In this document: piece by piece, positions 63,191 through 64,000 of the stretch
How the letters are laid out: each line of letters opens with the position of its first letter
How positions within the stretch are numbered: position 1 is the stretch's first letter
Source of the DNA: the human T2T-CHM13v2.0 reference genome, Homo sapiens
Length of the DNA stretch: 64,000 nt
Direction: 5' to 3' (one strand)
Assembly: GCF_009914755.1 (NCBI RefSeq)
Contig: NC_060927.1
Translations under genes and position numbers: made by a program
The notes under the pieces: generated by a model
Databases searched by the model: none
Told to the model about the DNA's origin: nothing
Seen by the model: the letters and a program-made list of their open reading frames with translations, nothing else

Positions 63191-63415
<225 letters not shown>

Positions 63416-63486
63416 TGACTACATCAAGCTAGTGAACGCAGCGTTACCTTACAAATGTGTGATTGTGTGTGGCGAGAACACTTTGA

Positions 63487-63884
<398 letters not shown>

Positions 63885-64000
63885 TCGAACGAGAACACTT
63901 TGAATCTACCCTGTCAGCCATCTTCGAGTGCATGATACGTTCACCATCGTCACCATGGTGTGCAGTAGTTTCGAAGAATAAGTTTCGAACGTATCCTTCC

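Overview
This is human (primate) genomic DNA, GC-rich and dense in Alus and VNTRs. Bases 1-~32,500 hold nearly all of TNK2 (ACK1 non-receptor tyrosine kinase, 3q29) on the + strand. I traced two alternative coding first exons and all downstream exons by GT-AG boundaries. The core path (ATG 7454 to TGA 31684, skipping a 45-nt cassette) sums to 3117 nt = 1038 aa + stop, the canonical ACK1 length. The mirtron MIR6829 ends at the exon 6 acceptor. The introns carry several large minisatellites. Bases ~32,500-64,000 show no credible protein-coding gene. They contain many Alus, a MER41A-type LTR, a CpG island with a strong CTCF motif, a fragmented KIF3A processed pseudogene (- strand) and several local duplications. 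I found no wholly new gene system. The best leads are regulatory hypotheses: (1) two unrelated VNTRs in intron 9 that together repeat a perfect EGR/Zif268 site 19 times; (2) exon 5 (catalytic Lys158), which starts with a perfect 5' splice site and is bracketed by inverted Alus, suggesting an in-frame kinase-off splice switch; (3) a 65-bp VNTR in the last intron whose units toggle an octamer site; (4) an Alu-Alu template-switch scar at the edge of the pseudogene. All gene and repeat-family names are from recognition, not from database searches.
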